Assembly: GCF_011745625.1 (NCBI RefSeq)
Contig: NW_027191514.1
Coordinates: 1-52,029, forward strand
Direction: 5' to 3'
Length of the DNA stretch: 52,029 nt
From: Cladosporium halotolerans
Taxonomy: Eukaryota
Numbering within the stretch: the first letter of the stretch is position 1; each line of letters begins with the position of its first letter. Both the position numbers and the translations under genes were made by a program. The notes under the pieces are model-generated. The model was not told the origin of the DNA, did no database searches, and worked only from the letters and a program-made list of their open reading frames with translations. Positions 37,390 to 48,000 of the stretch are shown here, one piece after another.

Positions 37390-38650
37390 CCCTACCTTGG
37401 GAGTGAACCGGCGGACGCTCGGCACGTGCCGGACATCTGAGACTTCCAGGAAGTCCGAAATGCCACGAAACGCAGCTTGGGGCCCGAATATGAAACCCCC
37501 GGTGACCTTGTGTCTCCACCATTGATTGCATCGCCTCATGATCGTACTCCTCGTGCAGCCGCCCTCCCAATGGCAGCCGTGGGGATTGAACATCATTCGG
37601 CCATAGCCACTCCCCAATCGTACCAAGATGTGCAAATCGTCTGGTCGACTGCTTTGATAAAATCACGCCTCTCACCCCAAATCCTCTCGAACCAAGCCAT
37701 CTTGAGTGGTGCAAGAACACCGAGAGACGGTAAGCTTAGGGGGTGGGGGCTGCTGCTGAGCTCATAGTATTGTTCAGCTTCTTCCAGCCGAGGTTTATGC
37801 AGGCAAGGAAGCACTTTAGATCCCTCACTTTCGCAAGCAACCATTCAGTCGTGCTCAGCGTTTGCCAGAGAGCGCCATGGTGTCCGTCAACGGGCACTGT
37901 TTGGCATCTGATAGAAGCACATTTGAGTGGCTATAGCAACTCATCGAGCTCCTTTAAGTTCATTCCAATCCTCCGCAATAAGACAGTCTTCGTGATCGAG
38001 CGGATCCGCCTCGCCGTTAGCGTAATGACCATGAGAGCTGTAAGGCGTCTCTCAATCTTAGAGCTCGCTCAATCATCTCGAGGTCGGCGTTCCATCAAAT
38101 ACCAGCGTCTGCTATGGGTCGGTATATCCGACTGTCGCTGATCCGCGCTCGCCTGGACTCAAAATAACGACGCCGTCGCGGCGACCCTCTGACATGGTAC
38201 ACAAGATTGTGACATTGGCCTAACGCCCCCTCTTGCGCCACGCAGTAAGGTTTGCGGACTCATTGCGCGGCCGTACTATTTCGCTTGTGTTCATCAATGC
38301 ATCGTCAGGTCCACTGCTGTCAAATTTTGGCGCAAACCTGGCCGCATCTGCCACACAATCGGTATCGGTGCCATACAGTATAGCCTCGGCGACCAGATTA
38401 AGAATATGTGCAATGCAGCGCCTCGTTGGCAATCTCACGAAGGAGGCATTGTTTGCTACGAAGTAGCCAACGCGGTCACTGACCTTGAGTTCGCGCATGA
38501 CAATCAGTAGCTCCTCGGCAATAACTACGCCGCTGCGGGCTCCGTAGCTCGGCCTGAGGCTAAGAAGAACGGTCTTCACGCGCAGCTATTCGCCGAGGTA
38601 ATGTGCAGTAACGCCGAGCATGTCGGGCTGGCTGTCACCTAGCCAGCCGT
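37390..38650 (-). mobile_element. Heavily degraded hAT transposase
   Basis: MLGVTAHY, KTVLLSLRP, VGYFVANNAS, RRCIAHILNLVAEA, AWRKRG, EDWNELK, EQYYEL...MAWFERIW and QWWR in the expected order across several frames. Confidence 0.8.
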
Positions 38651-40122
38651 CAAAACCGACAGAAATCGAGCTCCTGGCGTTTGTCAGTGCCTTCGTTACT
38701 TTCCCTTTGGACGTCGTGTAGCAGAATTAATTCTCCTCGGAAGCACGTTTCCCAGGTTGCGCTAATGCAAGCAGAAAAGTGGGGCAACCAAAGCAGAAAG
38801 CATTCTCCGAAGCGTTTAGCCACATACTTAACGGGATTCCTCTCCTCCGATGTCGAAGTCAATACGCAGACTAAACCTACAAATATCGCGATTCGAAAGC
38901 GGAAAAAGCTTAGTGACACAAATCTGACATATGTAGGTTGGGAACCTCGCCACTTGCTTTTTTTTAACGTAGCGTCGCCTGCCTCAATCGCAGCTTCGGT
39001 ATTGCGATGCAAACTTTGGTTAGCGTGAGAGCGGCGGATTCGACACCGATTCCGTCAGTCAGCCCCACTTTTCCTTACGGCATCGATAAGGGACACCGGG
39101 CAAACCTCCGTAAGCAAACTGAAGCTTTCCTTGTATGCCGGTGTCGAAACTTGGGGAACGGCTGGGGGCACTGCAACTCCCTACCAAAAATAACGATGCA
39201 AGGCAGAGGTTGGCGGCTCGACGAGAATGACATGGAAAAGGGCTACGGACTTCACTCCGCACCATAAAAGTGATGGAACTCCATTAGCCGGAGCAAGAGT
39301 CCGGTGAACGTGCGAGAGCTCTCCAATTTTTCGACCGCGCCGAACTTTGCATTGTAGTGTACTACCGTATAGACCATTGGAGCTACTGTACCTCTTAGGC
39401 GAAGAAAACTGATGATACCCCTCGATTGATACGTCACTCAAGAGTTGACAGCGCGGTCCGCGAAGCCAAGCCGGGAGCAGTCGTGGAGTGGATTTTTATG
39501 CTTAGCTGCTCGTCCTGTTGCTACTTGTGTCCAGTCTCGCGCGTACCCTGCTTTTCCTTTTATCTACCAGATATACTGGTTTATTCTATGACGCTACAGC
39601 TCGAGCAATAATTGAAGTAACCATAGTACTAGAGTCCTTGTAGTCGTAGAACTCAGAGCTCTGAGTCTGCCCGGTTCGTGAGCTGTATTCTCAGAATCCT
39701 GAGGCGTGTCGAAGGCAACACAGTTGAGCTGACTGTTCCGCACAATACGCAGACTTGCATTACAAAAGCTCATGGACCAGTTCATATCTGCATGCCGCAG
39801 TCTTTCACTAGCCAATATTCGCCCCTGAACTGCCAACCAGACGACGGTTTCAGTATGTGGACGTCTCCGTGCATGAAACATGGACATGTACCAACAACCT
39901 GACTTTGAGGATCAGAGTCGCTTGCAGCAAGCTTTGGGCCACATGCCGTTATTAGATCAGCAGATAGTGGGAGCATATAGCGGTGTTTCCAAGTAAGTTC
40001 AACAAGCACAACATCTCAGAACACCCGAAAGCTTCTAATGGTACCTCAGTTTTACCGATGGTGGCACTTATCCGTGTATTCCTGAGCCACATGAGCAGAA
40101 TCGCGGTTTTCCAAAGTTATTT

Positions 40123-40479
40123 TTGGACAGCCATCAAGACAGTGATGGAGTAATCGAGCGCGACTTCATCGCCGAGGAACGCAAAGCGCAGTCGCTTCGC
40201 GAGAAGAACAAGCTGGCGGCGATTAGGTGTCGGCACAAGAAGAAGAAAGAAGCCGAGGGCATTGAGGCCAAATGCAACGACTTGAGCATGGTGAATGCGG
40301 CGTTGAAGAAGCAGTTGCACGATCTAAGAAACGGGCTCGCAAGTCTCCGTGCGCATGCACTCGATCATCAGAGTTGCAACTGCGGGGTCGTCTTGTACAA
40401 CACCAATCTGGCAAACAGGCTCGCACCAGGAGGTACTTCCCCACTTGCGGCAATCGATGTCGGAGTGCACTCTTCGTGA
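40123..40479 (+). CDS. bZIP transcription factor (ATF/CREB-like); true start unresolved, possibly a pseudogene
   Basis: Basic region REKNKLAAIRCRHKKK, heptad zipper and HxxCxC tail. The listed ORF begins at a non-ATG codon and the upstream ATG frame near 39792 closes early. Confidence 0.7.
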   Translation: MDSHQDSDGVIERDFIAEERKAQSLREKNKLAAIRCRHKKKKEAEGIEAKCNDLSMVNAALKKQLHDLRNGLASLRAHALDHQSCNCGVVLYNTNLANRLAPGGTSPLAAIDVGVHSS

Positions 40480-41789
40480 ACCACGCTGTACCAAACGACT
40501 GAGAAGTCGCTAGCCTGTTAGCACCAGATCTATTCACGATCTTCATTCGCAACTCGATTGCACAATTTGATTTGATTTGATATATCATCATCCCGGCGTA
40601 GCCTCCTAACGGGCCCATGCGGACTGTTTCCCTGTCATTATATCGAGGAACGAAATCGTGGCTTTTGTTCGGCTGAAAATTTTCCCCTCTGCAAGGAGTC
40701 CATGATACAGTAAGCGATGGCTGTGTGGCCTACACGCGCTTTAACAGCCACATTAATCCTCGTTCACATTCTTCCACATATTCCCCCGGAAGCCGATCCC
40801 TTACCAACATGACTGGTTGATTGATTTGATCTTCCATTATTCCGGTGTAGCTCATTTACGGGTCCATACAGACTGTTACTATGTATGATATCAAGAAGGA
40901 AAGTCGTGGTAATCACCGGGATGGAAAATCCTTCCTCTCCAAGGTCTGACGCAGGGTGGTGCTCTCGGACGACAGACGCTCGGCTACTCTGCGCCGACCG
41001 GCATGGTTCTCTTCCGATATCGCGCAATAACGTATCCGGCTGCTTGAGGCCGTAGGGCGCTCGTGCCGGGGTCTTCAAATTGTGGCTTATCTCATCCGTG
41101 TGTATGGTCCTTCCTGAGATCTGGTGTGCTCGCCGCGCTCTTGTGAAATTTTTGTGCGCTATTTCCGACTCTTGCTCAAACTTCGATGTCGAGTCGGCAC
41201 TGGCGGTCGTGATGGGTTCGTCCCTGCTGGCGTGGGGGCGCGCAGGCTTTGTTGTGTCGTAACATTCCCAGGCGGCTGGGCGGTGAGGCAGAGGACCACG
41301 TCAAGCGTGTCTGGCGCTGTCCAGTGGTAACTTTCAGCGAAGTAGCCGTATGGGCCCAACTAGACTCTTGCGATTATGTAGCGCACGATAGCCTCACTAG
41401 GGCAGCAGCTACTTATCTGGAACAGTGCAAGCGTACATGCTCATCTCAAGGCATGCGGCACGTCTGCTTGGCATTCAGGAGATGGCAGCGACGTGCCTTG
41501 TTGCCCAGTAGTATCGGCAGTCGCTCGCCCTTGGTCGCATTCTCCACCTCACGTCGCTCGGCCTGCCCAAAAAGAAACCGCAAAGTGCAGCGTTGGAAGA
41601 CTAGGTTATTGTGGTGACTCGAGACAGAAATGTATTTATGACCAAGATACCACAGTGTGGATTCATCAGATAGGCGTTTGCGTGGGCTTGTATTATTGGT
41701 ACAAGTCCGTTTCCACCGTCGAGCCAGAAGGTATGGGCTCATTCTGAGCACTTGCGCCTTCTTCCGAACCCGAAGCAGCCTTGCTAGTC

Positions 41790-41878
41790 GGATGATTTTC
41801 TTTCAGGCTATGCACGGAGACCGTATGAGCCGTCGCTAAACGCTACATAACATCACAACGAACGTGGCCTCACATAGT
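41790..41878 (-). repeat. Short retroposon-like 3' tail, copy 2
   Basis: Same 33-bp core as 36419-36451, weaker similarity for about 45 bp upstream, and a short ATCATC remnant downstream. Confidence 0.6.
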
Positions 41879-42019
41879 GTCCAAGTTTTGGCCATCGCCG
41901 ATACCTAGTCGGTGTTGGCGGCCACCTCGACGGCGGTGCGCGCGTGCCTGCTGGCATACGGTGCATGCAGGCTTTGTCAAGGCGGACGACCATTGAGGCG
42001 AGGTAGATTTCGATGTGGA

Positions 42020-42260
42020 ATTTCATCGTCTTGGGAGCAGTGTCACCGGCAAACTTGAACTGAGAGCGCTGGACAACGCGTTGCGAACAGAAATCTGGTC
42101 GTGGTCACGGCGGCGTTGGCGAGATGAGACGGCGGGCCGGGGCAATTCGATATCGTCCTGGAGTATCACGATATATAATGGACTTGGCGCATAGCGTTTG
42201 TGTGGTGTGTTTCGATGGCATTGTGAAGGCATTCTCTGAAAGGTTTGGCTGGGTGAGGAA
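42020..42260 (-). repeat. Dispersed unannotated repeat, copy B (3' part of ORF 42023-42493)
   Basis: SPSQTFQRMPSQC...SPLYIVILQDDIELPRP...RNALSSALSSSLPVTLLPRR* aligns without gaps to copy A. Confidence 0.75.
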
Positions 42261-43753
42261 AGACGGCGATGTTGAGGCGTCGGAGGCGATGCATGAATTG
42301 GTGTGACGCTGTGTTGAGTCATTTCGGGAACTCGCTGGTCAAGGCGAGCAGCACATGTGTCGAGCGAACGAGAAGATGTGGCGGATAGAGGTGGGATGCG
42401 CGAGGCTAGCAGAACCGCCATGACCTGCCTGGTTGTGCTGGAGGCTATGCGTAATGTGTTATACCGATCATACAGGGAAGTGGCAAATAACAAGCGTCGT
42501 TCATAGTTACGCGAGAGCGCAGCAACAGCATTGCGTAGGTGCTCTAGAAATGGAAGCCCATGGTCGCGATCTGGCTGACATTTGAATGACGGCGGCTTAC
42601 TATTATATCGAAACGCTGCCCAAATCCCATGTTTGACTAGTCACGGGGCTCCGCCTGCTGCTAGCCCTCTATTTCGATTTCTCAACTTTGCTTAACACAA
42701 TCTACTCTAATAGGAAGTATCGATCCCACCAGAGTTTTTGCACATCTTCCGGGTGCCTTGTACACCGTCACGCTCTTTGTGTACCACTGGACGATCTGTT
42801 TCCCAGGTGACTTGACTCGTCAAGAGAGGACTTAAATCCAGACTTCGCGATTGTTTTCTCAGTTGGCACCAAGCTAGCATCGCGTTCTCGTTGCTACATT
42901 TGGGCAGGCGAGTTACAGAGAAGTTACAACATGACGTCGTTACTTATCAGTGCTGCAACTGCCTTGTTATCTGTCATTTCGAGGAGGATGATAGTTGGTC
43001 GGCCGCGGTTTTCTAATAAAGGTGCACTGCAACCTTGCATGAGTTCACGTTGCCCCAAGCTTTATACCTCATCCCAGCTCATAATCTGTTCTGAGAAGTG
43101 GTGATGCCACATTTTGTAGTGTAACATTGAGTGGCTTTCTTGTTCAAACAATATATCTATAACATAACGGGATGCAGAGCCGAAAAATCGACACAGATAC
43201 TTTATCTCAGTACCAGTAGTATCTGTTGCACGTCATTTTTAGTAGTAAACCATCCACCACACCTGCTACTGCCCGCATTCTCCGTGTCGGCGAGTTGTTC
43301 CCACATAAAGAAGCCGATAGCTACTTGGCAGGCGTTAGACGGCACAAATTTGGAAAGCGCATTGCACCTTCGCGAGAAGATTGGTTCAGCAAGTGAATCT
43401 GGTTGCATACGACACAAAATATAGGTTTGGCTTGCTTAAGGAAACAGATTCTCAAGACGTGCGCTAAGGTGAAAAAGATGAGCCTGACCACGCGCTAGAA
43501 AAGATCCATGCCTTACGAACATACCAGATCACGCTGCTTGCAGGTGGTGCCGAGGATCGCTTCTACGGAACAGGCACTGGGTGGAAAGAGCAAGGCCGCT
43601 GGAGGATGAAGGTAACACCGTTACGGAGGTAAAGTGGTTTCTTAGTAACGCACGCATGCCAGCATCCTACGCACATTTGGTAGCTCGGGTCATCCTTGTA
43701 TGTTGGGACCGACTGGGAAGCTGAAGTGCACTGAAGATGCTGTGGTGATCAAG

Positions 43754-43826
43754 TTTTTTTTTTTTTTTTTAGGTTTTTTTTTTTAGGTTTTTTTTTTATT
43801 TGCGCCAACGCTAGTTCTAGAACTAG
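43754..43826 (-). repeat. Interrupted poly(A) tail with an adjacent 16-bp palindrome; probable micro-retroinsertion
   Basis: Plus strand reads T17-AGG-T11-AGG-T10-ATT, with the perfect palindrome CTAGTTCTAGAACTAG at 43811-43826. Confidence 0.55.
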
Positions 43827-43828
43827 AA

Positions 43829-44640
43829 AGCTTCCCCACCTCAGGCACGAACACACCTCAGGCACGCTTAACGAGCCCAGTGTCGACGAGCTTCCACTAC
43901 TTATATTTCACACACCACTGACTCAGTGCGGCTGAAAACATTCCGCGAGGGACTTGCAGTACCATTGGACAAGACTGCGACAGTTTCATGTCCTATATCG
44001 TGCTGGTCGGCGTACGAGCCGGCCTTTTCTCGTCTTCGCCTGCTCTACAGGCTCAGTGACTACTGGCTCTCGCATAGTGCTTGTAGCCTGCTGAGCAGCT
44101 AGTGTTCCCCTTGGTCGGCTTTGTAGAGGCCTGCGCCCAGTCCTCATTTCCTTTTCGGTCTGTTTCTGAGCTTTCCTCGCCTCTCGTGTCGCCTGGACTG
44201 CAGCCTTCTTCTGAGCCGCAGCTGTCTTGCAAGCGAAAGCAGCTGCAGCTCGCTCATCTCGCTTCCTCTGCGCCTCTACCTTCTTCTGAACCTTCTTTTC
44301 GGCTCGTTCTCGAGCTCTGGACTCTTTTTCTTGTTGCGACTGCTCCTTCTCTCGCTCCCTACTCAATGCAATGTCTCGAGTCTTCTGGATTGTGGAGGGG
44401 CTCATGAATAGCGTCCCAGATGCACCGGACGCATTCAGCTCGTCTACAACCTTCCTCCTCTTCTTCTTTTGCCTCTCCTCCTCGTGAAAAGACTCACTCA
44501 AGTGCTTGACTATCAGATCCGACAACACAAGCTTTGCCGAGAGACCGAGCACCGTATCGCTGAGCCTCTCCAGTGTCTTTGTTGTCCCGTTGTCGCTGTG
44601 TGCCGAGCTAGCGTTGAGCATGCTTCTGAGCCTTTTTGTC
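43829..44640 (-). mobile_element. pogo/Fot1-like 3' remnant (copy 3, best preserved)
   Basis: Open 211-aa C-terminal tail (LSAKLVL...KKKRRK...LFMSPSTIQKTR...RRPARY). TIR-like end with the internal direct repeat CACCTCAGGCACG at 43837 and 43854. No DDE core upstream. Confidence 0.65.
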
Positions 44641-44741
44641 TTCGACGGCGAGTCGTATACACTCGGCGAGCTGTCGCTCGAACCTTGCGTGTTTCGTTGA
44701 GACCTGGTCTAAGCTTCGGGGAAGGAGTCGAGCACTTTTTG

Positions 44742-44828
44742 ATATTGGTTAGCCCCCTACGGATCGTATTGGCAAAGCCCCTACGGATCATATTGGCAAG
44801 GTCCCTACGGATTATATTGGCAAGGTCG
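44742..44828. repeat. 24-bp minisatellite, about 3.5 copies (ATCATATTGGCAAGGTCCCTACGG consensus)
   Basis: Read directly; the copies diverge progressively. Confidence 0.9.
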
Positions 44829-45065
44829 TCCTTCTAGAGGATCTTCTAGTTTCCCGAGTTATGATTCGCTCGGTACCGATTCGCGCTAGCTTGTGCCACA
44901 ATTTTAGCGCTAGCACCGACTGCCGGGTCCGCGTCTTGTCGGAAACCCTGATGTCTCCGCGCGTGATTTGTTCGGGTAACTCCGCCGCTAGTTCTGTGTC
45001 TTCCGGACCGCCGTCCGGTAAGGCTGTAGGGCTGATCTGTCCGAGACTCAGCAAACCGGACGGTC

Positions 45066-48000
45066 TTTTTTTTTTTTTTTTTTTTAATCATACTGCATTC
45101 AAGCTTAATAGCTTATGGCACGTCGGGTATCTCCTCGACGACTTTTATGGCTTGCTTGTGTGCTCTCGCGTTGGCCCTTACCGTACGGTTATGCTCGCCG
45201 TCCCGACTCCACCGAGCCGCCACAGCTTTCGGGCTTACTGCCCTCCTACGTTTCTGTCATCGTCACTCCTCGTCCGTCCCCTGATCCTTCTCCGATTTCC
45301 TCCACCGTCTCTCCCTCTTCAACGGTCCGATCTAATCGCTCGATATCCCACGAATCATCTTGAGCGCCCTCTCCAGGCATTTTCTTGCCCACTTCTGTGT
45401 AGTCGAGGAGCTGGAGCACTTCTGCCACGGCCTCTGCTCCGAACAGAGTCTGCAGGTCTGCTCCGTCTTTCCTTTCGCTGATCGAGATCTTCTTGCTGCT
45501 CAGCCTCCGTAGCATGACATCTCGCTGCCTTCGTCATCTTCTGCATCTGAGCATTAAATGCGTGACCGACTGCTCGATTGCTCCACACCAACAGTGAGCA
45601 TCTTGGGTTTTCCCGATCCTCAGCAGGTGGAGGCCTGCGACCGCGTGGCCAGACTTGAGCTGCAAGTACCGAGCTGCGACCACTTTCTTTGCGTCTTCAA
45701 TGTGCTTGTCCGGCTTGGTTTTCGTCTTCCATTTCTCTTTGATGGCTTGTCCAACATAAGATAACGATGCCGATCGCATTTGTTTGGGCTGTTGCCGTGC
45801 AGCTCGTTGCGCCGCACCGCACGCGATTTTGTAGCCTACCATGTTTTGGTCACTCGCAAGCCATGTCAAGGCCACTCGACCACCTGCGTCTTCGACCCGC
45901 AGTAGCCCTCTCCTGATGTTTGTGATGAATGGCAGGGACCAGGCCTTGCTCATTTCGATGGTGACCAGTCCCTGCCGCGATTTTGTCACAATCTCGGCGA
46001 AGCAGTGATCTGCTCGACGCAGAATCGGGATGACATCTTTCGCGACCATGCCGATCCCAAACAGTGCAGCATCCGATGCTGTGATGCATTTACCTAACGA
46101 TGACGCCTTTGTTTTCCACTCGCGCCGTTCTCTCCATGCGACTCCTACTCCGTAGCTGACATCCTTGGCCGCGCTTAGAAAGATTGTCAGTTGTCGTGGG
46201 TGATCAGGTAGCATCCTCTCCGGCACGTCTGAGTATCCGTGAGTTCGGATTCACCGGGCTTGGTGCGGATGAAGCAACCTTGCAGGGCAGTTCGAATCCG
46301 TATTCGGTATGGTAGTTGACGTTCCTGACGTTCTGCTGTGCAAGTCGGCCTCCGAACGATCGATGTGTCTTTTCTGGTCTCGTCCAGCCGATGCTGGATG
46401 GCTGGCCTATCGGCCCCTCGTGTCGGTGAAGCTCGCCAAAACGAAAGTTTGCAGGCAGGAGCTGATGCGTCGGATGGTCTCCATCCGCGCTGAGAGCGCG
46501 CAGCGCATACCTCGTCTGTCGATAGTCGAGAAGGTCTCTGGCATTTGGCAGATATGCTGCCTCTTGTAGGAACACCGGTGGTGTTGATTTTAGCAGTCCT
46601 GTGATGGCTCTTGCTTGACTGTGCAACAGCAACCGCAATTTCCCCAGTCGGTCCTTCTGGCCTCTCCGCCAGACTTCCGACCCGTACATTGCGACGGAGG
46701 TGACTGCTGCGACCACCGCTCTCCTCATCAAGCGGACCGACAGGCCACCATTGCTTCGGCTAAGGCCAGCCACCCGCTGCAGAACGCCCTTGGCGCTCGC
46801 CATCCTGTTCTCGAAGTGCACCTTGAATGACAGCCTCGAGTCGAGCCAGAAGCCTAGCCATCTGTATCGCTTCTTGCTTGATTGTGAAGTTCAGTTCTCC
46901 GATGTGTACGACCGCGTCTTTTGCTGCTTGGAGAACTTTGCGGCGCCTGCTGAACAGAAGGACCTCCGTCATGCTGACTTCGAACTCGACATCGTTGTCG
47001 ATCCCCCATCGAATTGCTTCTCTGGCGATGCGTTCGAGATGTCTGATGCCGTGAGTCAAGTCGTCGCAGTCTATAACTAGACCTATGTCGTCCACGAACG
47101 ATATAGACTGTAGCTGTGGGTGCCTTTCTTCTAGCCAACCGAATATTGCGCTGACCGATAAAATGAACAGCACCGGTGAGACCGGTGATCCTTGCGGCAG
47201 TCCAGCCTGGACGCTGCGGGTCTCGCGTGTTCGTCCGTCGATTACAAGCATTGCTTCCCGATCCGACAAAAATGAGTCCACCCAGCGCACAACATTGCCG
47301 GCTATGCCGACTCCGATCATCCGCTTAAGCAGCTGTCCTTTTGTTGACTCTGTCGAAGGCACCCTTGACAACAAGGAGCAACGCAAGGGCGATGCGCTTC
47401 TTATTCCAGGCGTCTTCGACCTTCGACACCAGTTGTGCCACTGCGTCTGATGTTCCTCTTCCTCGACGGCAGCCGAACTGTCCGCGGTGGAAGATGTCGT
47501 TCTCCTCGCAGAAGGATGCGATCCAAGTTGCAGTTGCCCTCTCGACCACTTTGCCAAGACAGCTAAGCAGGCTGATGACTTGGTAGGCCTTTGCGACGGT
47601 GTAAGTAGGCTTTCCCTGCTTGCGCAACAGAATGCCTCTTGCAGTCTTCCACGTGCAGGGGTGGTACCCTATCCGTATGCATCCTTGAACGAGGGCCACA
47701 ATTCGTTCCTCAGCCCACCGCCACAGCAGCCGGAGCGCTTTGAACCCAATATCGTCCGCTCCCCGGGCTTTCTTGACGGACTGTGAAAACAATGCTCCGC
47801 GGACTTGACCGGCACTGACACTAGTCCTCGTGTCTGGTATCTGGATTTCTTCCTCGTCGCTGGCCCGTGGTGGGAAAGCTCGTGCCGTAAAAATTTCTTC
47901 TTTCTCTTCTGCTGTCGCCACTATCTTATCCGTCTGCCCGTCAACGTCGCTTGTCTTGATTGCTGGTGTGTACGACGGCATCTGGAGCTTCGTGTACCTG

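Noticed and set aside
44812..45054. LWHKLARIG resembling a copia GAG-pre-integrase motif
   Set aside because: A single weak motif with no integrase, RT or LTR nearby.
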